Shown here in pieces: positions 1-12,090 of a stretch of 64,000 nucleotides of DNA. The DNA is taken from assembly GCF_000315625.1 (NCBI RefSeq), contig NW_005434571.1, positions 126,092 to 190,091 of the forward strand. The letters run 5' to 3'. Numbering within the stretch: position 1 is the stretch's first letter; the number at the start of each line of letters is the position of its first letter. Both the position numbers and the translations under genes were made by a program. A model generated the notes under the pieces. The model was not told where the DNA came from, made no database searches, and was given only the letters and a program-made list of their open reading frames with translations. This stretch comes from Guillardia theta CCMP2712. Lineage: Eukaryota > Protista > Cryptophyta.

Positions 1-1016
1 ATCAAGCGGCTGGAGAAGGAGGTGGCTGCCTCGGCTGCTGCTACTGAGCGAGCCAAGTCTTCCTCTTCGTCCAAGGTCCGAGAGCTGGAGCAACAGGTGG
101 AAGAGCTTGCGGCAAGTCTGAAGAGGGCAGAGGAGGCGAAACAAGCGGAGGAGGAGAAGTTTGCTGGAGACAAGAAGGCTCTGCTGTCGGAGCTGGCTGA
201 TGCCAAAAAGAATCTGGAGCGGAGCAGCAAGAACAACCAGAAAGAGGAGGAGATGAGAAAGATCTTGGCAGAGAAGGAGAAAGTGGTGGAGCAGCTTCAG
301 AGTCAGGTCTCTCAGCTCGAGGGGGAGAAGCAACAGCTCTGCGACGAACTACGTCAGCTGCAGCAGGAGTGCTCGGACACGGCCACGCGCCTCAGCGACA
401 CGAAGAAGGACGAGGAGGGATCCGTCGGAAACAAGAGGAGGAGAGCGAAGTGCGGTGGTAGGTTCAGCATCGAAGAGTCGGATGCTCTGATCGAGAAGCT
501 AGCGGGGCTGCAGGCGCAGTACCTGCAGATGACTGCGAACAAGACAGGAGGAGGAGGAGGAGGAGGAGACAAGAGAAGCTCGACTGAAATAGTTGAGATG
601 CAGCAGAGGCTGGAGCGAGCGCAGCAGGAGCGAGACGATCTCACGGAGCTGACGCAGCAGCAGGAGCGGCTGATCGCAGGCCTAGAGGATCAGCTGCATC
701 AGAGCGAGAGAAGGCGGGCCCAGCTGCACAACCAGATCCAGGAGCTGCGGGGGAACATCAGGGTCTTCTGCCGCATCCGCCCGTTCCTGCAGGAGGAGGC
801 AACCATGGACGCCCCCTCTGACATGACCTTCGGGCGCAGCGGGGACCGGCCCTCCATCCTCATCAGCCTCCCTCCCCCGCAGGGAGGACGCAAGAAGGAC
901 TCGCAGAGCTTGTCGTTCGAGTACGATGAAGTCTTCGACCCGCAGAGCTCTCAGGCTTCCGTCTTCCGTGAGATCGAGCCGCTGATGCAGGTGCTTGTCC
1001 TCTTCTTCCTCTCTCT

Positions 1017-1052
<36 letters not shown>

Positions 1053-2708
1053 CTCGTCCTTCCCCTCCTTCCTTCGCTGCTCCCCATCCTGCTCCTCGCA
1101 CACCAAAGATATGTTTCATCGTCTGACAAGCTCCGCAGAGCGTCATGGACGGCTATCGTGTCTGCATCTTTGCCTACGGCCAGGTTCATCCCCTCTCCTC
1201 TCCCCCTCCTCCCTGCTGACCTCGAGATAGACTGGCTCGGGCAAGACCCACACCATGGAAGGAAAGATCCGAGCAGGGAAGCAGGACGAGCAGAGGTGAA
1301 GCCTTGCTGGTGTCGCTTGCTACTATCTGACACTGGCACGCAGAGGAGTCGTGCCTCGCTGCATGGAGCGGCTGATTGAGCTGCGTAATGAGATGCAGAA
1401 GAGAGACTGGAGTATCAACTTGCAGGTGAAGGGGGGAGGAGGAGGAGGAGGAGGAGGAGGAGGAGGATGGATGGATACTGAACTTTTACTAGTGCTCCTG
1501 CCTGGAGATCTACAACGAAGTGATCCGTGACCTGCTCTGCGACAAGGAGGATGCTTCGAAGAAACTCGGTCGCTCTCGATGTTCATTCTCCTCCTCGTGC
1601 TCACAATTGTAGCAGAGATCAAGCACGACAAGTCCACCGGAGATGTCGTCGTCACCAACCTAACTCAGGTCCTCCTCGTTCTCCTCCACGACTACCAAAA
1701 GCTTGTTTGCTCCTTCTTCCACCTCCTTCTCTTGTAGTTTCGAACAAGGCTGACCACCACACAGCTTCCCGTGCAGTCAGAGGAAGAGATCTACCGCATC
1801 ATTCAGTCTGCCTCTCGGCGCAGAGAGACAGCTTCGACTGTGAGGTGACGAGAAGAGGACGAAGAGGGGAGAGGAGGCGACTTAGCTTGTGCTGGCAGGA
1901 ACGCCACGTCTTCCAGGAGCCACAGTGTGCTACAGGTTGTTGGTCAGCCATGATGTTGAGTTGCCTGACTGATGCGCAGCTGACTGTTGAATGCAAGCAC
2001 ATGCGGACGGGAGAGGTGCTCACTTCACCTCCTCCTCTTCCGCTCCTCCCCATCCTCCTCCTTTCTCTTCTCCCTCCTTCCTTTTCCTCTCTCGTTCTTT
2101 CTGCGCTTCCTCATGGCGTTTGTGCAGTCCAAGAAGGGGATTCTCAACATGGTGGACCTTGCGGGCAGCGAAAGGATCAGCATAGATCATGACAGCAAGA
2201 CTACCAAGGAAGCGCAGGCGAGTTTCGACTTTCTCAATTGTTCGATCTCCTCCTCCCTTGCTCGACCTCCTCCTCCCTTCGTCCTCCTCTTCCGCTTCCT
2301 TTTTTATCTCCATGCTGTCCTCGTGCTCACACCTGAGAGCAGAACATCAACAAGAGCTTGAGCTCGCTGCTCGGAGTGATTCAGGCGCTTGCAAGCAAGC
2401 AAGCTCACGTCCCCTTCCGCAACTCGAAGTTGACTCACCTCCTTTCGTCCTCCCTCGCGGGAGACGGCAAGGTACGCTCCTCTCCTCTCTTCGCTCTTCT
2501 CCTCACCTCGCTCCTCTCCTCTCTTCGCTCCTCTCCTCTCCTCGCTCCCTCTCCCTCCTTTTCTCCTCGTGAAGCTCCGCAGGCCCTCATGTTCGCCAAT
2601 CTGTCGCCTCGCCTACAGCACGTGCATGAAAGCATCAACACCCTTCGCTTCGCCGCGCAAGTCAACGTCTGCCAGCTCGGACATGGCAAGCTCAAGGCTG
2701 GGGAGTAG
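1..2708 (+). CDS. Kinesin-14 (C-terminal motor) family protein; multi-exon, 5' end outside window
   Basis: A long coiled coil leads into the kinesin-14 neck/motor start [25 protein letters not shown]. After joining GT-AG exons: FEYDEVF, P-loop FAYGQ|[21 protein letters not shown], switch I NATSSRSH, switch [41 protein letters not shown]. Stop at 2708. Confidence 0.95.
1008..1055 (+). repeat. (CT)n microsatellite in a kinesin intron
   Basis: Run of ctctct... inside the intron that starts at gtgctt (991). Confidence 0.9.
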
Positions 2709-2788
2709 AAGGAACAAGCTTTCAAAGAACAGAAGGATGAGGAGGAAGAGGATTTTAACTGACTGCTTGAAGAAACTAACTAATTCGA

Positions 2789-4363
2789 CTACTCAACTGA
2801 GTTGTTGTCAAGCACGATCTTGTTCTTGCTGTCCTCCGACACAAACAGACTCCCTCGCGAGTTCCCTCGCAAATCGTTGTGCTCGAACGTCCCCCATCCT
2901 CCGTCCTTCACTAGAATCCCGAACTCTCCGTTCTGAGTGATGCGATTCTGCTTGCACAGAGGCTTGCCGGCCTGCCAGCATGTGATGCCGGAGAGAGAGT
3001 TCTGAAAGATGTCGTTCTTCTCGATCTCACACCGCGAATGATGGTGCACGTCTACCCCTCCGCTGTGCTCGTGCCCGAAGATCTTGTTGCGGACGATCCT
3101 TGGGTTGCTGCTCTCCCGCACGTCGATGCCGGACAGTCCGTTGCTGTTGATGTCGTTGTCAGTGATGACGCCCCTTCCGTTGTCGAACACGGCGACGCCA
3201 TGCTTGCCGTTGCTGCGGATGCGGTTGAAGCGGATCTCAGGGCGGGACCCTTCGGAGATCTCGATGCCTGACTGTCCGTTGTGATGTATTTCTGTGTCCT
3301 CCACCACCCCCTCGCTCCCGTCGTAGAAGTGAACACCGGTCCCCGCGCACTGATAGATCTCACACCTTCGGATCTTGGGCTTCGTATCCTTGTGGTGAAC
3401 TGAGATGCACGTCAGGCTCGCGCTTGACAACTTGCAGCCTTCCACCACCAGCTTGCCCGCCATGATGTCGATACAGTTCCAGAAGCCGCTTCCTCGCTGC
3501 CTGATAGTGATGTTGGTGATGGACCCGAACTCAGTCTCTGCGATGATAGCGTCTCTCCCGTTAGTCTCGATGACGATGTCGTCGACATGCCCCTCCCCAA
3601 CTATCATGACCGGCCTCGACACTCGAAGCGTCTCCTTGTACTTTCCTGCTCGCACAACGATCTTGTCTCCGGACTTGGCAGCTTCCAAGGCATCGGCGAT
3701 GCGCTGATAACGATCTGACTTTGACACGTACAGCGTAGAGGTGATGTCGGAGAGGACTGGCGGTATGCTGACTTGTCGATCTTCATCCTTGGTGAAGGAG
3801 GAGAGGCGGACGGCAGAGTTGAGCTCATGAATCTCCTGCTTCACATCCCGCATGTCAAATATCAGCTGATCTACATTCCTCCTCATCTCTTCCATCCGGT
3901 TGTGCGCCAGGTCAGCTTGTTTACTTGCTCTGCTGCACTCCATGGAGTTCTGCTTGATCTTGCCCTGGAACAGCTCGAGCAGCTGCTGGATCCTCGAGTC
4001 ATAAGCATCCATCATCTCCTGACGCTCTGCTCGCTCCTTGTCCAGCAGCTTGTGAAGGTCATTCAGTTCCATCTCTCTCACATGCAGCGCCTTCTCCAAC
4101 CTCGCCATACGCTCGTCTCGCTCGGTCGCCGCGTTGTTGAGCAGGTCGACATGGTGCTGCAGGTTTTCCTCCCTGTGCCTGAACTCGTCTCTCCTCGTGA
4201 TCCTCGCTGCACACCCGGACTTGGCGAAAGAGCAGGAGAGGACCTCCAGCGGGCACTCGTGCTGCGCCTCCTCTCCCTTGAAGACCACGGCTCCGCATCC
4301 TCTCACGCACATGGCCACGTCCTCGATCCCCGGCTTGCCTCGTCCTTCGCTTACGGTATTCAT
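2789..4363 (-). CDS. TRAF-type zinc finger + coiled coil + parallel beta-helix (PbH1/CASH, FBXO11-like) protein; extra upstream exons possible
   Basis: CVRGC...HECPLEVLSCSFAKSGC...H...HHVDLL resembles a TRAF zinc finger. A heptad-rich middle region follows. YQRIADALEAAKSGDKIVVRAGKYKETL and many repeats such as IHHNGQSGIEI and IRSNGKHGVAV are typical of right-handed beta-helices. Confidence 0.8.
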   Translation of the reverse strand: MNTVSEGRGKPGIEDVAMCVRGCGAVVFKGEEAQHECPLEVLSCSFAKSGCAARITRRDEFRHREENLQHHVDLLNNAATERDERMARLEKALHVREMELNDLHKLLDKERAERQEMMDAYDSRIQQLLELFQGKIKQNSMECSRASKQADLAHNRMEEMRRNVDQLIFDMRDVKQEIHELNSAVRLSSFTKDEDRQVSIPPVLSDITSTLYVSKSDRYQRIADALEAAKSGDKIVVRAGKYKETLRVSRPVMIVGEGHVDDIVIETNGRDAIIAETEFGSITNITIRQRGSGFWNCIDIMAGKLVVEGCKLSSASLTCISVHHKDTKPKIRRCEIYQCAGTGVHFYDGSEGVVEDTEIHHNGQSGIEISEGSRPEIRFNRIRSNGKHGVAVFDNGRGVITDNDINSNGLSGIDVRESSNPRIVRNKIFGHEHSGGVDVHHHSRCEIEKNDIFQNSLSGITCWQAGKPLCKQNRITQNGEFGILVKDGGWGTFEHNDLRGNSRGSLFVSEDSKNKIVLDNNSVE

Positions 4364-4952
4364 CCTGACCAGAGCTAGCAGCGATGTGCTGCGACCTCAG
4401 TCCCTTGTTTCTTGATCGTCTTCCTCTCAACCTGCCTCCCTCCACCCTCTCCTTGAACTCCTTTGTATCGACTCAGGGAGGTGATTTACAGGGGAACAGC
4501 TACAGTGACGTTCTTGTCAGACTGATGGTTTCTGTTTGCTCCTCTTCTCCTCTTCTCCTCGTCTCTTCTTCCCTCTTCTCCTCGTCTCTTCTCCTCCTCT
4601 TCTCCTCGTCTCTTCTCCTCCCTCATCTCCATCAACCCCCTGGCGCTACCGAGCCTGCAGTCTCTCATGTCGGTCCGCTCGGATACTGAGGCGGAGAATT
4701 CCTATTTTTGGCCTGAAGAAAGAAGCAACTAACATATGGGAGGATTACATCATCATGATGTTGGTAATGATATTACAAGGAGATTTCTTCTGTCATTTCA
4801 TGAGCGAGGGTGAAAGTGTGCGCAATTAGGCAAGGCAATCGTTTCCTTTGTTTTTGACGTGTACTTTCGACTGAACTTAAAGGCAATGCAACGATGCGAG
4901 CAGTCAGATCAACTCAAAGTCCAACTGCCTTTCCTTTTGGACAAGAGCCGCT

Positions 4953-7900
4953 CTAAGAAAGACGAACTAGCTTAAGCTCGCTGTTGCTGCCCCATGGCAC
5001 GAACACTCTGTTGTCCTCGTCGTACACGAAGCAGAAGAACGGGTTGAGCGCGTCCCACGCGCAGGGATGATGTTTCACACAGAACCAGCTTTGAAACCGA
5101 CTCGTCATCAGGTATCCCAGCCCTCCGGTCTTGAAGTCGAGGCTGCAGTTTTTCATTCTCGGCACCAGTATCTCCTCCCACGTGTAGGGGAGCTTGCAGG
5201 TCTTGTACCCGACAGGCAGGTTGTCGCCCCACAGCCAGGGGAAGGAGGAGGACCCGTTGATCGTCATCCAGGACGAGCAGACTGATAGGCGGGAGCCCAG
5301 GTAGCTCAGGTCCCCCATGCACACGTCGGGTCCTTGCTGGAAGCTCTTATCCTCGGTGTCTGAGGTGGAGCAGTTGCCGCCGGTCTCGATGCGGCAGCTG
5401 CTGTCGCAACCGTCTCTCGAGACCTGATTGCCGTCGTCGCACTCCTCCATCTCATCCACGGTCGCGAGGTAGGCGCGAGCATAGAAGACCTTGCAGCTGG
5501 GAGAGTAGGTCTGCGAGCAGTACCGGCAGGAGGCGTACAAGGTGGAAATGGAGATGTTGTAGCTGGGGCCTGACAAGGACGAGGGAATCTTGTACTTGAC
5601 GACGGGCTGGTACGAACCGCAGGATGCGTAGCTGCTGGCAGAAGGACGCGAGAGGGGGAGGCTGACGCCGTTGAGGGTAACGTTGAGAATCTGAGTGGAA
5701 GAATAGAAGGATACCATGTCCATCTCAACGATGAGGAACAGTTGAGTTAGACTTGTTTTAGGAGCCCTCAGTGTTGTGCTGCAGCTTGAGATAGGAGAGT
5801 AGTAGTAGCCGTAGAACATGTTGTCGTAAATGAACGTGGGTTCAGCATTACATTCCCTCTTGTCCTGTATCACAAACGTCCAGTCTCGCAGGCCGTTGCC
5901 ACAAGTGGGTTTTGACTTGAAGCCCCAAGACAAGTTGAAGGGAAACGCAGATGTCCGGTTGTTGACGTTTGACATGAAGGAGAGCGAGATCGACTGACTT
6001 CGGAACACTTGGAACCTATCCCTGGGAACGATGCTGGAGCCCTCGGAAGAGGTCACGGTCAGCAGATCACATGGGGAGTTCTGAGACACATGGCACAGGT
6101 CCGTGATAGTGAGCTTCAGAGCTGACTTCTCTCGGAACGGCAGCAACAGTGTCGTTCCTCCCCTCCCATCGCTCAGAAGGGATAGCCCTCCAGAGTTTGT
6201 CAGGCGCCCGATGGACGTGCGAATACTATTGTCATCGAAGAAAGTTACTTCCCAGATGATGTTGGGGTCCCCCGTCACTCCAGATGTGCTGGCAGTCCCT
6301 TCGAAACGGATGACAAGTCCAGCTCTGCCGCCCTCGTTGACCCTTTTGCTGAGGAGCAGCTGGACTGAGTTGTCTGATCCTCCGATGAAGAGGGTGGGAA
6401 CAGGAGGCCAGCTGGGGCTGAGGCCGCTGTAGTAAGAGAACCCTTGGAAGAAGGTCAGGTAGGAGTTGGAGGAGACGTATGTCCTTGCCCTCACGTTGAC
6501 ACCTTGAAAGCAGAAGTCAAACCCAAAGTCGGGGAGCAGCCAGGAGGAGTCGTCCATGCTCTGGGAATACCCGATAGAGCTGGGGTGGAGCAGGTTCCAG
6601 CCCCCTGACGAGATGTTGCGGAGTTCACTCTGAGTGGCCGACCCGTAGAGCTGAAAGTTGACAGGCTCGAACAAGGTTGGGGAGAAGGGACAATCAGCTT
6701 GCTGCATGCCGGTAGGGGCTATTGCAAGCTCAGTCTCCATGAAGGTTTGAGTTGTGGAGCTGTCGATGCTGAATGTAGCGCAATTTGCTCCTGCTGCAAC
6801 CTCCTCGTCAAACTTGCGAGCGAACAGATCGTAAGGTGACAAATCGAAATGACAGCACGAGCTGAGAAGACACTCCTTCTTGCACGATGACGAACAGCCG
6901 TCGCCATTGTCTGTGTTGCCATCGTCGCAAAACTCTCGTCCTTCTTGTATGCCGTCACCGCAAACGTCGTAGGTGATGGGCCCGTAATGCAGCAGGAACT
7001 GTGAGCGCGAGACTATCTTCATCCTGGGTTGGCTGCTCCTGATGCCGCGACTGAAGGATTCGGATCCAACCATCCACAAGTTGCTGGAGGTAGAGGACAT
7101 CCAGCCTGCGTAGTTCCACGAGCTACACGCGGCATCTGAGCACATGTAGAAATCAACGTTCAAGTTAGCGTTTTCTGTTGTCTTCGGGAAGGAGATTTGA
7201 AGGTTCGTCAGCGACGCCGGTTCAATGTCCCATACACAAGAGCTTGAGCTCCCAGTGTTTGGATACATCTGACTGCTCACGGTGCCCCTCGGCTCAGTGA
7301 ACCTAACGCACCCACAACTGCACTTGGAACATCTCGAGATCTTACCCGGCCAGAGCTCTTGCTCGCACGCGAACGAGTCTTCGATGGTGCAGCTCGACGA
7401 GCATCCGTCGCTACTCCTCGTGTTGCCGTCATCGCATTCTTCGGAGTCACTCACCACTCCATCGCCGCATGTCAAAGTCGTCTCGCACCCAAACCCTGTG
7501 TATCCTTGGCTGCACGTGCACAGCCCCTGCAGGCAAGTTCCCCGACCGGAGCACCCGGCTGGGCACGTCAAGGTGCCACTGCACTGAGTGCTCTGCTCAA
7601 AGTCTCCGGTCACTACGAGCGCGAAGCTTTGAGGACCCTGAGGCACATCGGAACCAACGACAATGACGCGGTAGAGTCCTCCTGCTGCCGCTGGGATCGT
7701 TATCTGCTCCACGTTGTTGACACGATCTGGGCTCTGTCCGGTGCGATTGTTGCCGTACCACAAGTTTCCAGCCTGATCGACCACGAGCAGGTCAAGATTG
7801 TTGATGAGGAGAGAAGTTGAGTACATGGAAGCTGGAGGATCCGTCCAGACCAGAGTCACGCGGAAGGAGGAAGAAGCTACGACATTGAAGCAAAGAGACT

Positions 7901-10900
7901 GAGAGGCTCCTTGAGTGATCTGCTGGCGATCTAGCACCTTGAGGGTGAAGTCGGACTCGTTGCCAAACCAGAGGACCGCTGAGAGGTTCATGAGCCCGTA
8001 CCCTTGCTCGACACTTGGGCTGCTGTCAGGCTGCTTCCACTGCCAGTCGTTTCCTTCGCTCGCATAGATGTATCCCCAGGTGCGGTCACGGACAAGACGG
8101 CTGCCGGAGATGGCGAGGTTTCGAACCTGACGTCCGCTCTGTATGATCATCGCTTTCACCAGCGCTGAAGAAGGATTTATCCCCGCAGACACGTTGCGTG
8201 CTCCGCGGGCATGGAACCCCTCCGTGAAGTACTGCCGCACGATCGCCGCTGCTCCTGCTGCTGCTGGCGTCGCCATGGACGTGCCGCTCTTCTCAACGAT
8301 GCAGCTGTCCTGCATGCCAATAGAGGACGCGCACTGAAAGCTTTGAGCAAGGCCATCAGACGAGGCTGAGAAGATATTCTGACCAGGAGCAACTATGTCA
8401 GGCTTGTTCCGGAGATCAAACGTCGGCCCTCGTGAGGAGAAGTAGGAGAGATCAGTGTGCTGAAAGCTCTGCGCTGTTCGCTCTGCGCTGACCACAGGAA
8501 GTTGCCCGGACATGACTTCATAGTAGCACAACGACCCTGTGCCGCTGATGCACGTCTGCCTCTTGGAGAGAGATTGTAAGTTGTACACGTCCAAGCCGGC
8601 AACGCCAGCGACGGGAATGGTGATGGAGCGGGCGACGTCAGGCCTTGAGGACCCGGTGAGGTGGAGAGGCTCGCTTTGCCTGTAGGGCTGATAGAGCAGC
8701 AGCCCCACGGCTCCGAAGAACTGAGCGTTAGAAGCCATCACAGCTTCATCACATGTGCCTGAGTAGTAAGAGATGTACGGGGCCAAGATGATCTTGCCGG
8801 TAAAGGAATGGCGGAAGTACGACCTCGCCGTGTTCTCAAAGTTCGATATCATGTAAGAGTTGCGCTGCCTGGGAAGAAACGAGTGCACCGCGAATCCTCT
8901 GATCATCAACTGAACATAGTCTGCAGTGTCTCCATAAGCTCCGAAAGAGATGGTGATTGAGCGGTTTGAAAACAGGTTGATCTGAAACTCATTGTACATG
9001 GAATATTCACTAGTGTAAGCTCTGACGAACAAAGAATATCCTTGTACTCCTTGTTCTTGGAACCTCTTTCCAGCAACGAAGGATGGTCGAAACTCAGCTT
9101 CTTCATCGACCCGCAGGAGGGGTAAGTCGATCAGCTGAGAGCTAGAGCCGAAGAAGATCGACCCAGATCTCGTGACTATCAACTGCTGGCTTGAATTGTG
9201 CCCTAGAATACAGAAGTCCATGCCGACATCTACCTGGGTCAAGTGAAATTCTCCAGAGTAATAGTTATAGTTGCTGTTTGTTTGGCTTGCTGAATCGTAG
9301 AGCACATCCCAAGACGGGCGATTGTTGGACAGCAAGTAAGCAATCACCCCGCTGTTGCTTCCCCAGCACGCTCCATAGTAGGGGTCGACAGTCGGGTCAT
9401 AGTGGACCTGAACTTGGATAGATCTCGAAGCTGTCGCAGGCAGGCGGTGAACGTAGCTCATGGTCATGCTGCAATCGGTCACGATCTTGCTTGTGTCGAA
9501 GGGGAGGTACTCTCCGTCTACTGTTATGCTTGAGACGCGAGAAACAAACCCGTCGGCGGTGTACCAGATGAAACCAACCTCGATGATGAGCTCCATGACC
9601 GTGCTGGAAGCGTCGTAGACGGGGATGTTGAAGTTGAATACACAATCCTGAGGCACAGGCCAGCTATATGAAGAACAGCTTGCCGTCTGTTCTACCGAGA
9701 CATGGCCGGAGAAATAGTCGTAGCCGACCAACTGTGGGTTGTTCTGCCAAGTCCCTGAGATGGCAGAATGGTTGGAATCTGCAGAGCATGATCTCCCACT
9801 CTCTTGAACGGGAAGGCAAAGAAGAGAAGACAAATCAGAACATCGCGATCCCCACAGGTAGTAAGAATTGATATAGCAAAAATTGTTGAAGTCCTGCATG
9901 ACCACAGGAGCGGATAGCGGTGTCATGGAGTCTGTCAAAGGAAGACCGAATGTAGCAGGAAGAATGTCGAGCAGCTTGTAGTACATACCATCGCTCATCG
10001 ACAGTGACAGGTTGTAATATTCGCCATAACCGTGAGCTATGTAAGCCTCCCGGGTGTTCATGCTGGAACCCACGGAGAGAACGTTCTTGGCGCTCGCAGG
10101 AGATCCGACGGAGAAGTGGTAAGGTCCAGAGTTCCCAGCAGCAAACACGATGAGGAAGTCATCGTGGTCGTACATGTACGCGTCGGTCTCGTGCGAAGTG
10201 AAGTAGTAATAAGATCCTCCGCCGCTACCCCAGGAATTAGAATGCACTCTGGCCCCGTTCTCATACGCATGAGGGTAAAGGCCGTGATACAAGTCCCAGG
10301 GCAGGTAGTTCAGATAGTAATCCGTGTTTGAGATGTCGTCAAAGACTATCTTTGCTCCCGCTGCTGTTCCGTTGTATTGAGAAGCCAACGAGTGATCGGG
10401 TGAAGCAGCGCCGGCCACTGTGCCGGCCACATGCGTTCCGTGACCATGCAAGCTATCGTAGGAGAACGCTGCGGGAGGTGGCGGCGTGAAGGAGTTGTAG
10501 GAGATGATCTTACGATGAGTCGTCCGCGAAGGGCACTGGAGCGAGCATCCTCCATAGTTGTACATGTAGCAGTTGTTGCAAACGTACACAGCTCGCTGAG
10601 CATCATGGAAGAAACAAGAGTCGAAGTCAATGCCGGTGTCTGAAATGCCAACTATCTGGCCGGTGCCGTTGAGACCTCTCTTCTGCAGCCCATCATGGAT
10701 GGATTCTCCTTTATAGGCTCCCTTCACGACAAGGGATGCGTGCATGTTCAAAGTTTGATACTGCATTCTCCTCTCGATATACTTCACTGCTGCTTGGTTT
10801 GCAAGATAATTCACGATGAGATCCAGATGCTGAAAGTTTGTTTCGATTGAGAATTTGTTGTCTGACTTGGCCCATACCTGAGCAATCTTTCCCGTCTTGC

Positions 10901-11832
10901 TGGCGAAGAAGCTCTCCCACGATTTCAGAAGTTCGACCGTCGAAGTTTTGTCGTCTTGAAGAGAGACAGACACCTCAAGGAAGACTGGGGCAGATACTTC
11001 AATCTCAGCCTTCGATCCTTCGGACGGATTCACGTCAGCTTGATTTAGGAAATTCATTCCTGCCATTTTAGGTCACAACAACATGGCAATGCATCGCATG
11101 GTTACCTGACGATCCCTTGTTGGTCATCCTCGTTTGTTTCATATGCTTCTCCTTCTGAGTTGCGCTGTTGAACCGGTTTCTGGGATGATCCATTGGGTCT
11201 CGATCATGAAAGTGAGTGTTGCCTCTCTTCTCCGGATGCATGGGATCAGCGTTGATAAAGACGTCCTTCGCATTCGATGGGAGCATATTTTTGGTCTTGA
11301 CCATCAATTCGTTGAGAGCAGGAGAGATTTTCATTCCAGCTGGAAGATGGTAGACAGCTTCGACGCCGTTGATTGCTTCGACTCGACTCTTCATATGAAA
11401 CTCCATGGCCACTACGTAAGTGTCGTAAGGGATGTACTGCAAATATTTGTCCCCGCTCGCCACTTTCAAGGCCTGCATCAGGTTTGGAGGGGAAGGATGT
11501 TGAACCCTCACCAGGTAATGACTCTTGCCAGAAGCTTCGAGGTTGAGCTCAAGATCTGTAGGGACATCTTGCACTGTAGTCCTTAGCTTCGTCTGACTGC
11601 GCTGCTGTGTGTGATGATGCAGCGCCGCCATCGGGTTATGGATCAGCAAAGGTCTGCCAGGAAGGTCCTTCACTGATATGGTGGAAGCGCGCGCTCGCTC
11701 CCCGCGGAGCGGCTCCTCATTGTGAGGTCCTCCAGTGTCTGTCTGGATGGCTGCTGTACAGCACACGACTAGCCCTAAGCATGCGATTATCCTCATCATC
11801 CTCCCTCCCCTCTCATTCTCGCCAGCGGCCAT
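4953..11832 (-). CDS. Secreted subtilisin-like S8 serine protease (KP-43/TagC-like) with PA, beta-barrel, EGF, CUB-like, NIDO-like and Myxococcus Cys-rich (DUF4215-type) repeats; one intron at 11060-11105
   Basis: Signal peptide MMRIIACLGLVVCCTAA. Catalytic motifs ISDTGID, HGHGTHVAG, FAAGNSG and SGTSMATP. FRVTLVWTDPP...NNLDL...NNVEQI barrel. EGF CSGRGTCLQGLCTCSQGYTGFGC. Three CG[D/N]G...CDDGN...DGC...C repeats. A 46-nt GT-AG intron joins ORFs 11068..11874 and 4953..11066 in frame (KGSS-G-MNF). Confidence 0.93.
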
Positions 11833-11860
11833 GATACGTTTCGACCTACCCCACCCTTTT

Positions 11861-11870
11861 CCTTTTATAG
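11861..11870 (-). promoter_or_regulatory. Putative TATA box of the subtilase gene
   Basis: CTATAAAAGG on the minus strand, about 30-60 nt upstream of the candidate ATGs (11832 and 11799). Confidence 0.4.
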
Positions 11871-12090
11871 ACAAAACGATGGGCCGCTCAAGTCAAGTAG
11901 GGACCTTCGATAGGCTTGGTCCTACGGGTCCTACGGCTTGCCCCTATCAGCTGGGGCATATCACCCTATTAAAGTACCCTGTCAGTGATGGCTCGGGGAA
12001 GGGGTGGAGTACAGGCCACAGTCCCGTTGTGTACCCGGAGCTCGCGGCTGCCCAGCAGCCGGGTCAGCATTAGGCAACCTGCCGTACTAA

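Noticed and set aside
8810-9890. Possible intein in the subtilase
   Set aside because: No recognisable intein splice-junction (C...HN|C/S/T) or LAGLIDADG motifs; the insert resembles extracellular modules.
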